Translations under genes and position numbers: made by a program
Notes under the pieces: model-generated
Databases searched by the model: none
What the model saw: only the letters and a program-made list of their open reading frames with translations
Told to the model about the DNA's origin: nothing
Shown: one piece after another, positions 1 to 9,001 of the stretch
How the letters are laid out: the number at the start of each line of letters is the position of its first letter
Position numbering within the stretch: the first letter of the stretch is position 1
Source: an uncultured Acidobacteriota bacterium
Lineage (GTDB): Bacteria; Acidobacteriota; Thermoanaerobaculia; Multivoradales; UBA5704
Assembly: GCA_963700145.1 (NCBI GenBank)
Contig: OY969474.1
Coordinates: 4,448,001-4,512,000, forward strand
Length of the DNA: 64,000 nucleotides
Reading direction: 5' to 3'

Positions 1-1399
1 CTTCGAGGACGGCGGCGCGGCGCGCGGCGAGAGCCGGATCGGAGCGCGGCGCCTTGCCGGCGGCGACCAGCGCTTCCACCAGCGAGCGCGCCCGCATCCG
101 CTCCGTCACCGAGAAGGCGGCGGCGAGAGTGTCCGGGCCGTGCTCTCTTTGCAGGAGCCGTCCCGAGAGCCAGTGGTAGTCCTCGGCCCAGGTCGAGAAC
201 AGCTCGGCCCTCCGGCCGGTGTTGCGCTGCACGTCGTGCAGCGCCTCGATCACGTCGAGCGCCGCGCGACCCTCGGCGAGCGCCCCCTCCGGCGCGCCGT
301 CGGCCCACGCCAGCCGCATCCGCTCCCGCCAGCAGAGGATCAGCGACCATGGGCTCGCGGCCGCATGCGCCTGCTGGAAGGCGCGCTCGAGGGTCGAGCG
401 CGCCGCCCGCGGGTCGCGCTCGGCGAGGCGGCGGGTGAGGGTGTGGAGGCAGTAGCTGCGGGCGCGGTCGGTCGCCGCGACGTCGAGGCAGCTCGCCAGG
501 TGCGCGAGCGCCGCGTCGCCGGTTTCCGTCATCGCCAGCAGGTGGTGGGCCTGCGCCGCGACGTCGCGGTCGCCGGCGGCGGTCGCTACGGCCAGCGCCT
601 TGCGGGCGAGGGCCTGCGCCTCACGCACCGCGTCCGGCGACGGCAGCTCGGCGGCCTCCTCGAACGCCACGCGGGCGACGCCGTAGCGGGCGTTGCTCTC
701 GCCGAGAGCGTCCTCCGCTTCCGCGGTCAGCGCGGCGAGCCGCTGGTAGGAGTCTCGGGCCTCTCGCCGCCGGCCCAGCTCCAAGGCCACCAGCGCATGC
801 TGCGCGAGCCAATCGCGCCGGGCGTAGTAGTCGCCCGCGGGGAAGATCGCCGTCTCGGCCTGGTCCAGCAGCAGGGCGGCGCGTCCGAGGTCGCCGCCGG
901 TGTCGTAGAGATGGCGCGCGAGCAGCACCTTGGCGCGCGCGGCGAGCTCCGCATCGTCCGAAGCTTCGGCGACCGACACGACGCGCTCGGCCTCCGCGCT
1001 CGCCGCCCCCATTTTTCCCTGTTCCGTGAGCATCACGTAGAGGTTGTTGCGCGCCTTGAGCTCGCCGGCCGCATCGCGCCGGGCGGCGAACGCGGCCGCG
1101 GCGCGACGGTAGGAGGCCTCCGCGCGGTGCGGCTCGGACCACCGGATGTTGCCGAGATAGAAAGGGATCCAGGGAGCGTCTGGAAAGCGCGGCAGGAACG
1201 CTTCGAGGCGGCGGCCCGCTTCCGCCGCGTGCCCCTGCTCCGTTGCCACCGTCCAGAAGCAGGCGGCGGCGTCGCGCGATTCCGGCTTCGCCGCGAGACT
1301 CGCTTCGCAGCGGTCTAGCGCGACGGGGCCGCCGGCCGCCGCCGACAGCGGCCAGAGGAGGAGGAGAGCGCTGAGGGACCGGACCTTCACCCGCCGCAT
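1..1399 (-). CDS. Secreted TPR-repeat protein, probably CHAT-domain (caspase-like) protease; runs off left edge
   Basis: Hand translation from ATG at 1399: signal peptide MRRVKVRSLSALLLLWPLSAAAG, TPR-like helices, and 'AAFSVTERMRARSLVEAL', which typically precedes CHAT domains. The catalytic domain would lie outside the window. Confidence 0.7.
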   Translation of the reverse strand, partial: MRRVKVRSLSALLLLWPLSAAAGGPVALDRCEASLAAKPESRDAAACFWTVATEQGHAAEAGRRLEAFLPRFPDAPWIPFYLGNIRWSEPHRAEASYRRAAAAFAARRDAAGELKARNNLYVMLTEQGKMGAASAEAERVVSVAEASDDAELAARAKVLLARHLYDTGGDLGRAALLLDQAETAIFPAGDYYARRDWLAQHALVALELGRRREARDSYQRLAALTAEAEDALGESNARYGVARVAFEEAAELPSPDAVREAQALARKALAVATAAGDRDVAAQAHHLLAMTETGDAALAHLASCLDVAATDRARSYCLHTLTRRLAERDPRAARSTLERAFQQAHAAASPWSLILCWRERMRLAWADGAPEGALAEGRAALDVIEALHDVQRNTGRRAELFSTWAEDYHWLSGRLLQREHGPDTLAAAFSVTERMRARSLVEALVAAGKAPRSDPALAARRAAVLE

Positions 1400-1446
1400 G
1401 CTACGGGTCTGGGCGGACGGTCTCGCGACCGCCCGCCCAGGCTGGC

Positions 1447-1644
1447 TCAGCGAGCCGTCCTGCCCGTCGGCCCGCCGGTCCCACCCCCGCCCGAGCCGCT
1501 GTTCGTAGTGTTGACCTCCGTCTCCGGGCCGGTCTTGGGGCCGGAGCGGGCGGCGCCGCAGTAGAGCGCGCCGAACTGGAAGCCTCGGGTCGCGTCGCTG
1601 CCCCCGAAGGTGCTGCTTTCACGCTGGCTCTCGTAGCTGAACAT
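1447..1644 (-). CDS. Small Ser/Thr/Gly-rich peptide (65 aa)
   Basis: ATG at 1644 preceded by GGGAGG Shine-Dalgarno; MFSYESQRESSTFGGSDATRGFQFGALYCGAARSGPKTGPETEVNTTNSGSGGGGTGGPTGRTAR. Confidence 0.55.
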   Translation of the reverse strand: MFSYESQRESSTFGGSDATRGFQFGALYCGAARSGPKTGPETEVNTTNSGSGGGGTGGPTGRTAR

Positions 1645-1834
1645 GACTGCCTCCCGAGTTCTGGGTTCCGCCGCGGTGTCCGCGTCGGTTTCCAATCGGC
1701 GGTGGCTTCTTTGCCCCCGCCTGAACAAGATCAACGTCCTGGCGTGCCCCGTCCCCTCAATGTTCACTCCGGACGGTTCGCACTCGTGAACAAACATTCA
1801 TTGTCTTTCGTCGTCGTCAGGGAATCGTCATCTC

Positions 1835-2515
1835 TCAGCGCAGCTCGATGTCGAACGTCTCGGAGCCGATCTCTTCGCCGTCGGCCCGCACGGCCGTGAC
1901 GTGCCAGAACAGCTTGCTGCCCGGAGGGAGACCGGCCAGCTTCGCCGCCGGCACCAGCAGCTCGCGCCGCTCGAGACGGCGGGCGACGGCAACTTCCCGC
2001 AAGAGGTCGTCGGTCGTCACGCGCACGTCGTAGAGCGCGCCTTCGGGGCCCTCCCAGCGGAGGAGGAACCGCTCGCGCGGCAGGGCGTCTCCGACCAGCG
2101 GGCGGATCGCGCCTTGCTCGCCGCCGCGCATGGCGAGGGGCTGGCGCTCCTCGCGCCGCTCCTCGAATACGACGCCGACGACCACCAGGAGGCAGGCCGC
2201 CGCGGCCGCCGGCACGAGGAAGCGGACCTGCCGCGTCCAGGGGCGGCGCAGCGGCACGACCGGCGCCTCGCCGGCCCGCCGCTCCCGCGCCAGCTCGGCG
2301 GCGAGGCGCCAGTCCTCGGCGCAGGCGGCGCAGACCGCGACGTGGTCGAGCAACGCGTCGCGCTCGGCGTCGGGAAGCTCGCCGCGCACCGCCGCCCAGA
2401 GCCGCTCGGGATGCGGGCAGTCTTCTCCCGCGGCGTCCGCGGACGGCCCCTCCGCCGCGAAGGCGCGGCGCAGGGCCTCGAGATCGAGTCGGTTTGAGTG
2501 TGTCCCTTGGTTCAT
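1835..2515 (-). CDS. Zinc-finger (zf-HC2) anti-sigma factor with TM helix and extracytoplasmic domain
   Basis: HVAVCAAC (HxxxCxxC) motif, one hydrophobic helix, start overlaps the ECF sigma stop. Confidence 0.8.
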   Translation of the reverse strand: MNQGTHSNRLDLEALRRAFAAEGPSADAAGEDCPHPERLWAAVRGELPDAERDALLDHVAVCAACAEDWRLAAELARERRAGEAPVVPLRRPWTRQVRFLVPAAAAACLLVVVGVVFEERREERQPLAMRGGEQGAIRPLVGDALPRERFLLRWEGPEGALYDVRVTTDDLLREVAVARRLERRELLVPAAKLAGLPPGSKLFWHVTAVRADGEEIGSETFDIELR

Positions 2516-3033
2516 CTTCGTACCCCCTGCGCTTCCAGGCACCGCCTCAGGTCGGCCATGCCGCGGTAGACCAGGTTCTCTGTCTGCTTGAACGGCCCTT
2601 TCATGAGCTCGGCCACCTCCGGCACGGAGTGCCCCAGCAGGTGGAGGGTCACCGCCCGCCGGCGGGCCGCGAGCAGCTCGCCAAGGCAGTCGCGGATGGC
2701 CTTCCCCAGCTCGCGGCTGGCGGTCCACCGCTCGGGGTCGACACCCGGCGCCCGGAGCGGCAGCTCGGGGTCCTGTTCCAGCGGCACCTCGCGCCGCCGG
2801 CGCAGACGCCGGATCTCGTCGACGACGGCGCTGTAGGCCGCCTTCTTGAGATAGAACGGCGAGAGGTCGCGTTCTCCCTCACGCCGCTCCAGCACGTCCA
2901 TGACCCGCATGAGGGCCGTCTGCGCGACGTCGTCCGCACGGTCGGCGAGCCAGCGCGGGCAGACGCGCCGCACGGCGCGCGCGATGTCTTCGCGCAAACG
3001 CTCGATCTCCTGAGGCGGGAGAGACCAGGCCAT
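2512..3033 (-). CDS. ECF RNA polymerase sigma factor
   Basis: ADDVAQTALMRV (region 2), YLKKAAYSAVVDEIR, region 4 HTH GHSVPEVAELM...VYRGMADLRRCL. Confidence 0.9.
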   Translation of the reverse strand: MAWSLPPQEIERLREDIARAVRRVCPRWLADRADDVAQTALMRVMDVLERREGERDLSPFYLKKAAYSAVVDEIRRLRRRREVPLEQDPELPLRAPGVDPERWTASRELGKAIRDCLGELLAARRRAVTLHLLGHSVPEVAELMKGPFKQTENLVYRGMADLRRCLEAQGVRR

Positions 3034-3109
3034 CGGGGCTGCGTGGATACCGCTAAACTATCATTCCTGGGCGGTTTGCCGCCGGCATCCGTAAACACTC
3101 CGTCACCCC

Positions 3110-4300
3110 ATGACACGCCGTCCGCAGCTCGCCGCGCTCCTCGTGCTCCTGCCGCTCTTGGCCGCGGCGGCGCCGCTCGCCGCCGCCGCCCCCGCTGCGG
3201 CCCCCGCCGGCGCGGCGGACCTCCTCGCCGCCGCCGAGCGCGCCCACGCGGCGGCCGCCGCGGCCGTCGCCGGCGCCCCGGGCTGGATGGGGCCGCGCCA
3301 CTCGGGGCACGCCGCCGTGGCCCGCGGCCTCGACGAGGTCCACGCCGCGCTCGCCGCGGCGCGCGCGGCGCTCGTGGCCCGCGAAGCCGGCCTGCCCCGC
3401 GCCCTGCGGCGGGGGAGCGTGGCCTTGGCCGGGCTGCGGGTCGCCTGGGGCCGTGCCGGGCTCGCCGCGCCGGCGGCGAGCCGCCGCCTGCGCGAGCTGG
3501 CGGTGACGTTCGACGCCCTGCGCGCCTGCTGCGGGCCGGAGAGCGCCCGCGCCCGCCGCGGCGGCCCGCTGACGCCCGCCGAGCGCGAGCGCCTCGCCGC
3601 GGTGCAGGCGGCGCGGCGCGCCTTCGCCACCGCCCTCGAGCCTCTCGGCGCCCGCGCCGCGGCGCGCGGCGACCGGCGGCTCGCCGGCGAGCTCCGGCGC
3701 TGGATCGCGCAGTCGGAGCGCATCGCCGCGGCGCCGCCGGCGGTCGAGACCCTGCTCGAGGCGGTCTGGCTCGCCGACCATCTCCACGGTGAATGGACGG
3801 CCACGACGCCGCACGTCCCGCCGCCGGACCGCGGCGACTGGCTGGCCGCCCACGCGGCGGTCGAAGAGGTGCTCGGCGAGTCGGAGGTGGGCTACCTGGC
3901 GGTGGCCGACCTCGGCGGCGCCTCCGCGCCGTTGGAGGTCGAGCCCGCGGCCCCGGAGGGCGGCGCGACGCCGGCGGGTGTCGAGCTGCAGGTGCTGGCG
4001 CCGACGCCCGCGCCGGTCGTCCTCTTTCAGCCGTCGGAGCTGGAGGAGAGCTGGGCCGAAGAGGAAGAAGAGAAGGAAGAGGAAGCGAGCGTGGAGGCGG
4101 GCGAAGAGCCCGTCGAAGACGCGCCGGCCCCCGCCGCCGAGGAGAGCGCCGAAGCCACCGAGCCGGCCGAGGAGGGCCCCGTCACGATCGAGGTCGTCAG
4201 CGAGTCCGGCGAGGTGCTGACACTCGAGCTCGGCGAAGAGGGCGAGCCGGCCGCCGAGACCCCCGAGCCCGCTCCCGTCCCGCCGCCTCAGCCGTTGTAG
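3110..4300 (+). CDS. Hypothetical exported protein with acidic low-complexity C-terminal tail
   Basis: Signal peptide, GC3-biased codons, Glu/Pro-rich tail. Confidence 0.65.
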   Translation: MTRRPQLAALLVLLPLLAAAAPLAAAAPAAAPAGAADLLAAAERAHAAAAAAVAGAPGWMGPRHSGHAAVARGLDEVHAALAAARAALVAREAGLPRALRRGSVALAGLRVAWGRAGLAAPAASRRLRELAVTFDALRACCGPESARARRGGPLTPAERERLAAVQAARRAFATALEPLGARAAARGDRRLAGELRRWIAQSERIAAAPPAVETLLEAVWLADHLHGEWTATTPHVPPPDRGDWLAAHAAVEEVLGESEVGYLAVADLGGASAPLEVEPAAPEGGATPAGVELQVLAPTPAPVVLFQPSELEESWAEEEEEKEEEASVEAGEEPVEDAPAPAAEESAEATEPAEEGPVTIEVVSESGEVLTLELGEEGEPAAETPEPAPVPPPQPL

Positions 4301-4857
4301 ATCGGCCCGCCGCCGCTGCGGTAGAGCTCCAGCACCTCGCGCGCCTCGGCCCGCAGCACGCCGCGCACGATCTCGACGCCGCGCTCGGCGAGGTATTCGT
4401 AGGACTCCAGGAAGACCGGCCCCTCCTCGAAGGAGAGGCGCGAGGCGTCGTCGCGGTGGGCGCCGCAGACCAGCCGCTTGACGCCGCTCCAAAGCGTCGC
4501 TCCCAGGCACATCGCGCACGGGTCGCAGGAGGTCACCAGCTCGTGCTCCGGCATCCCGGGACCGCCGAGCGTGTAGGAGCCCACCCGCCGTTGCGCCATC
4601 ATCAGCGCCACCATCTCGCCGTGCAGCGTGCAGTTGCCGAGCCGCACGACGCTGTTGACCCCCGCCGCCACCAGCGCGCCGCTGGCGCGCTCGAAGACCG
4701 CCGCCCCGAACGGGCCGCCGGTGCCGCGCAGCACGTTCTCGCGCGACAGCGTCACCGCCAGCCGCATCCGCTCCTCGTCGCCGGCGTAGCGGCGCTCCCA
4801 ATCGACCGCCGCCGGCAGCCAGTCGGGGTAGGTGACGCAGACCTCGGTCGGGGGCAT
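4288..4857 (-). CDS. Nucleoside/guanine deaminase family (cytidine deaminase-like)
   Basis: GGPFGA, HGE, PCAMC zinc motifs. Confidence 0.88.
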   Translation of the reverse strand: MPPTEVCVTYPDWLPAAVDWERRYAGDEERMRLAVTLSRENVLRGTGGPFGAAVFERASGALVAAGVNSVVRLGNCTLHGEMVALMMAQRRVGSYTLGGPGMPEHELVTSCDPCAMCLGATLWSGVKRLVCGAHRDDASRLSFEEGPVFLESYEYLAERGVEIVRGVLRAEAREVLELYRSGGGPIYNG

Positions 4858-4924
4858 GAGCGCGCGAGAGCTTAGCAGGAGCCCGGGGGCAAACTTTTCG
4901 TCTTTCCCCTCGTCTGTAAGGGGC

Positions 4925-7207
4925 ATGTCGCCTGAGATCGGGTGTGCCCGGCGCCGTCCCCTCGCCTTCGCCCTCCTTGCCTTCCTCTCCACCGCCGCCG
5001 TCCTGGCCCAGGACGCGCCGCCGCCGCCGGCCGACACGTCCGGCAGCCCGCCGCTCACCATCCGGCGCGCCGCCGGCGAGATCGTGGTGGACGGCAAGCT
5101 CGGCGACCCCGGCTGGGAGGGCGCCTCGCGGGTGGACACCTGGTTCGAGACCAACCCCGGCGACAGCGTCGAGCCGAAGGTGCCGCACGTCGGCTGGCTG
5201 GCCTACGACGACCGCTTCTTCTACGCCGCTTTCGAGTTCGCCGACCCCGAGCCGGGGAAGATCCGCGCCCCCTACGCCGAGCGCGACAACGTCCCCAGCA
5301 CCACCGACTACGGCGGCGTCATCATCGACACCCGCAACGACCGCAAGTCGGCGCAGATGTTCCTCGCCAACCCGCGCGGCATCCAGTACGACGCGCTGAC
5401 CAACGACGCCGCCGGCGAGGACAGCTCGCCCGACTTCTTCTGGGACTCTGAAGCGAGCATCACCGACAAGGGGTGGATCCTCGAGCTGCGCATCCCGTTC
5501 TCGTCGCTGCGCTACGACGGCGACGCCGACCCGCAGACCTGGGGGATCCTGCTCTACCGCAACTGGCCGCGCGACTTCCGCTACCAGATGTTCTCGGCCA
5601 AGCTGCCGCGCGGCGGCAACTGCTTCATCTGCCGCCGCAACGACCTGACCGGCCTCGAGGGGCTGCCGCGCGGCGGCCACGTGGTGGCGGCGCCCTTCCT
5701 CGCCGCCAGCCAGCTCTCGCTGCCCGAGGCGGGGCTGGGCACGCCGCTCGAAGACGGGGACGCCGAGGCCGAGCCCGGGCTCGACGTCAAATGGATCCCC
5801 GACCCCGACCTGGCGCTCGACGCCACCCTGAACCCCGACTTCTCGCAGGTCGAGTCCGACGCGGCGCAGATCGCCGCCAACGAGCGCTTCGCCCTCTTCT
5901 TCCCCGAGAAGCGGCCCTTCTTCCTCGAAGGCATCGACCTCTTCTCGACCAACTTCCGCGCCGTCCACACGCGCTCGATCACCGCCCCGCGCTGGGGGGC
6001 GCGGGCGACGGGGAAGTGGGGCGACACCGCCTACACGGCGCTGGTCGCCGAGGACCGCGGCGGCGGCCTGGTGATCATCCCTGGGCGGCAGGAGTCGAGC
6101 TTCGCGCTGCAGGACTTCGAGTCGCTGGTAGGTGTGGCCCGCGTGCGCCACGACATCGGGGACTCTTACCTGAGCTTCCTCGCCACCGCGCGCGAGATCG
6201 ACGGCGGCGGCAGCAACCGGGTCTACGGCCCCGACTTCCGCTGGCAGCCCAACGCCAGCGACACGGTCAGCGGCCAGTTCCTGCTCGCCGAGAGCCAGAC
6301 CCCCGAGCGCCCCGACCTCGCCGCCGAGTGGGACGGCCGGCGCCTGTCGGGCTACGCCACCGACCTCTGGTGGTCGCACTCGACGACCGCCGTCGACTGG
6401 TTCCTCGATTACACCGACGTCGACGACGAGTACCGCGCCGACAACGGCTTCCGGCCGCAGGTCGGCTACCGCACCGGCTTCGGCGAAGCGGGCTACACCT
6501 TCCGCCCCACCGGCTTCCTGCGCCGCGTGCGCACCTTCCTCATCGCCACCTACACCGAGGACCACGACGGCGCCCTGCTCAACAGCCAGGTCTCGCCGGG
6601 GGTGGGGATCGACGGCCGCTGGAACTCCTTCCTGCGCTTCCGCTACGCCTTCGACGAGGTGGCGAGCGGCGTCCAGACCTTCGAGCGCGAGCAGTTCCAC
6701 TTCCAGATCGACGCCAGCCCGTCGCGGCGGGTGAGCTTCGTCTCGCTCTTCGGCAACGTCGGCGAGGAGATCGACTTCCTGCACTCGCGCCTCGGCGACG
6801 GCGGCACGGCGTCCCTGCGCGTCACGGTCAACGCCACCGACCACCTCGAGCTGCGTCTCAACGGCGACCGCCGCTGGCTCGACGTGCGCGGCGCGGACGG
6901 CCGCAGCGGGCGGCTCTTCACCGCCGACGTCGGTCGCATCCGCGCCACCTACACCTTCACGGCGCGCGCCTACCTGCGCCTGATCGGCCAGTGGGTGGAG
7001 ACCGAGAACGACCCGGCGCTCTTCAGCTTCCCGGTGGCCGAGCGCACCGGCGACTTCTCCGGCTCGGCGCTCTTCGCCTACAAGCTCAACTGGCAGACGG
7101 TGCTGTTCGTGGGCTACGGCGACAACCGGACGCTCGTCGACGGCGACCGGCTGGAGCCGGCGAACCGGCAGGTGTTCCTGAAGGTCTCCTACGCCTTCCA
7201 GCGCTAG
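4925..7207 (+). CDS. CBM9-like + DUF5916 outer-membrane beta-barrel protein
   Basis: IVVDGKLGDPGW, LDATLNPDFSQVESD, RFALFFPEKRPFFLEG, C-terminal VFLKVSYAF. Confidence 0.85.
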   Translation: MSPEIGCARRRPLAFALLAFLSTAAVLAQDAPPPPADTSGSPPLTIRRAAGEIVVDGKLGDPGWEGASRVDTWFETNPGDSVEPKVPHVGWLAYDDRFFYAAFEFADPEPGKIRAPYAERDNVPSTTDYGGVIIDTRNDRKSAQMFLANPRGIQYDALTNDAAGEDSSPDFFWDSEASITDKGWILELRIPFSSLRYDGDADPQTWGILLYRNWPRDFRYQMFSAKLPRGGNCFICRRNDLTGLEGLPRGGHVVAAPFLAASQLSLPEAGLGTPLEDGDAEAEPGLDVKWIPDPDLALDATLNPDFSQVESDAAQIAANERFALFFPEKRPFFLEGIDLFSTNFRAVHTRSITAPRWGARATGKWGDTAYTALVAEDRGGGLVIIPGRQESSFALQDFESLVGVARVRHDIGDSYLSFLATAREIDGGGSNRVYGPDFRWQPNASDTVSGQFLLAESQTPERPDLAAEWDGRRLSGYATDLWWSHSTTAVDWFLDYTDVDDEYRADNGFRPQVGYRTGFGEAGYTFRPTGFLRRVRTFLIATYTEDHDGALLNSQVSPGVGIDGRWNSFLRFRYAFDEVASGVQTFEREQFHFQIDASPSRRVSFVSLFGNVGEEIDFLHSRLGDGGTASLRVTVNATDHLELRLNGDRRWLDVRGADGRSGRLFTADVGRIRATYTFTARAYLRLIGQWVETENDPALFSFPVAERTGDFSGSALFAYKLNWQTVLFVGYGDNRTLVDGDRLEPANRQVFLKVSYAFQR

Positions 7208-7225
7208 CCAGCGCAGGCGGAGGGA

Positions 7226-7465
7226 CTAGTTGGGCGGGGACTCGCTCTCCAGGGCCTGCAGCCGGGCGAAGGTGGCGCCGGCGAGGAGCGCCGAGCGCCC
7301 CGCCGCCAGCGCCTGCAGCGCCTCGAGCGGCGGCACGAAGTTCTGCGCGTCGCGGCAGAGCGGGTCGGCGCAGTGCCGCCAGCGACCGGCATGGCCGTGG
7401 CGGACGTGCTCGGCCGCCGCGCGCAGGTTGGACCGCACGACGAGGTTGAAGTGGCGGTCGGTCAC
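7226..7465 (-). CDS. Small hypothetical protein with His/Cys cluster
   Basis: GTG start with GGAAGGAG SD; HVRHGH...HCADPLC. Confidence 0.5.
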   Translation of the reverse strand: MTDRHFNLVVRSNLRAAAEHVRHGHAGRWRHCADPLCRDAQNFVPPLEALQALAAGRSALLAGATFARLQALESESPPN

Positions 7466-7550
7466 GCCGTTCTCCTTCCCAAACGGAAAATGACTTCCCT
7501 GATTTTAGGGCAGGCCGGCGGGGATGACTAATCGAAGTGCTGCGATGCGA

Positions 7551-8906
7551 TTAACTTTTTGTTCGCAGCGGCGCGGCGGGCTCGACCACCAGCATGGGCG
7601 CGGTGGTGCCGCCCAGGACGTCGCGCGCCACGGTGACCGGCTCGCTCCCCACCGCCCGCACCCGCGAGAGGACGTCGAAAAGGCTGTCCTCCCAGACCAG
7701 GTCGGGGAGCGGATCGCCGAGGCGGTCGCCGTCGAGCCGGCGGACGCCGCAGGCGGTGGCGCGGAAGCGGAGCTGCATGGGGTCGAAGCTCTCCAGCGGA
7801 TCGAGCGCCCCGATCCAGAGCCCGCCTTCGGCAGCGCGCGCCAGCTCCTCCCAGCCGGCGCCGCCGGGGACGAGGGCGAGGTGGTCGGGGCGCGCCTCGT
7901 CGTGCGAGACGGCGTGCGGGGTGACCGGCAGCCCGAGCTCGCGCCCGAGCGGCGCGTCGACCGCCGGTGTGCGCGCCACGCCGCGGGCGATCAGCTCGAC
8001 CGGCACCGCCGGCGTGCCGGCGATGTCGAAGGGGAACGGCAGGGCGCGCGGATCGAGCGGGTCGTCGCGCAGCGTGATCGCGGGGTGGAAGACCTGCGTC
8101 CCCAGCCGCCCGCGCAGCGCCGCCCGCCCTTCGTGGAAGGAGAGCGCCGAGAGAGTGAGCTGACAGAGGAGGTCGAGGAGGCGCGCCACCGCTTCCTGCG
8201 AGAGGAGGAGGGGCGGCGTCCCCGCCGGCGGCGCCGCCGGCTGCCACGGGGCGTGGCGCTCGCGGGCCCGCGCGAAGACCCGCGGCAGGTCGAGGCCGGC
8301 GAGCGAGCGCGCCGCGGCGTGCGCCGAGCCGGCGCCGGGGCCGCGGCCGCAGCTCACCTGGAGGGTCGCCGCGGTGGCGCGCGCGGCGCGGCGCAGGCCG
8401 CCGCTGCCGACGACCGCCACCCGCCCCTCCATCCAGGCGAGCCAGGCGAGCTCCCCTTTGCCCACCAGCCGGTGGACGCGGTCGCGCGCCCAGGGGCCGG
8501 CCAGGCGGGCGAGCTCGGGGTCGAAGAGCGGCGAGGCGCCGACGGGAATGATAGCCGGGCCCGCCGGCTCCGCCGCGCTCGCCGCCTGGGGCGCGGCACC
8601 GTTGCCCGCAACCGCCGCGCTCGGCGTCATCCGCGCGTGCGCCAGCGCCTGCCGCACCGCCGCGTCGAGGTCGGAGAGGCCGGCGGCGCCGGTGCGGTGG
8701 AGCCCGGTCCGGCCGCGCTCGCGCACCCGCACGAAGACCGTGCGCTCGCGCCGCTCGAAGGTATCGCGCCGGCGCTTGCCGTTGCTCTCGAGGTGGCGCA
8801 CCGCCTCGACCCAGGCCAGCTCGGTGGAGTCGGCGGGGGAGCCCTCGATCACCCGCTCGAGGCGGTCCACCATCTCGTCGAGCGGCGCGAGCTCCGGGAC
8901 GGGCAC
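7551..8906 (-). CDS. TldD/PmbA family protein (PmbA/TldE-like, no HExxH)
   Basis: GRLGTQVFHPAITLRDDP, PFDIAGTP, LIARGV, TTAPMLVV; start estimated. Confidence 0.8.
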   Translation of the reverse strand: MPVPELAPLDEMVDRLERVIEGSPADSTELAWVEAVRHLESNGKRRRDTFERRERTVFVRVRERGRTGLHRTGAAGLSDLDAAVRQALAHARMTPSAAVAGNGAAPQAASAAEPAGPAIIPVGASPLFDPELARLAGPWARDRVHRLVGKGELAWLAWMEGRVAVVGSGGLRRAARATAATLQVSCGRGPGAGSAHAAARSLAGLDLPRVFARARERHAPWQPAAPPAGTPPLLLSQEAVARLLDLLCQLTLSALSFHEGRAALRGRLGTQVFHPAITLRDDPLDPRALPFPFDIAGTPAVPVELIARGVARTPAVDAPLGRELGLPVTPHAVSHDEARPDHLALVPGGAGWEELARAAEGGLWIGALDPLESFDPMQLRFRATACGVRRLDGDRLGDPLPDLVWEDSLFDVLSRVRAVGSEPVTVARDVLGGTTAPMLVVEPAAPLRTKS

Positions 8907-9001
8907 CGAGCCAGTGTAGCAGCGGCGCCGCGCGCCCCCGGATGGCTTATCCTTTGCACCTTGAGCGCACCACGATGCCGTCCGTCCACCGCGGAAACGC
9001 C

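Noticed and set aside
3053-6844. 1263-aa minus-strand ORF and similar long antisense ORFs across the window
   Set aside because: Shadow frames of GC-rich genes with R/G/A/P-rich translations and no motifs.
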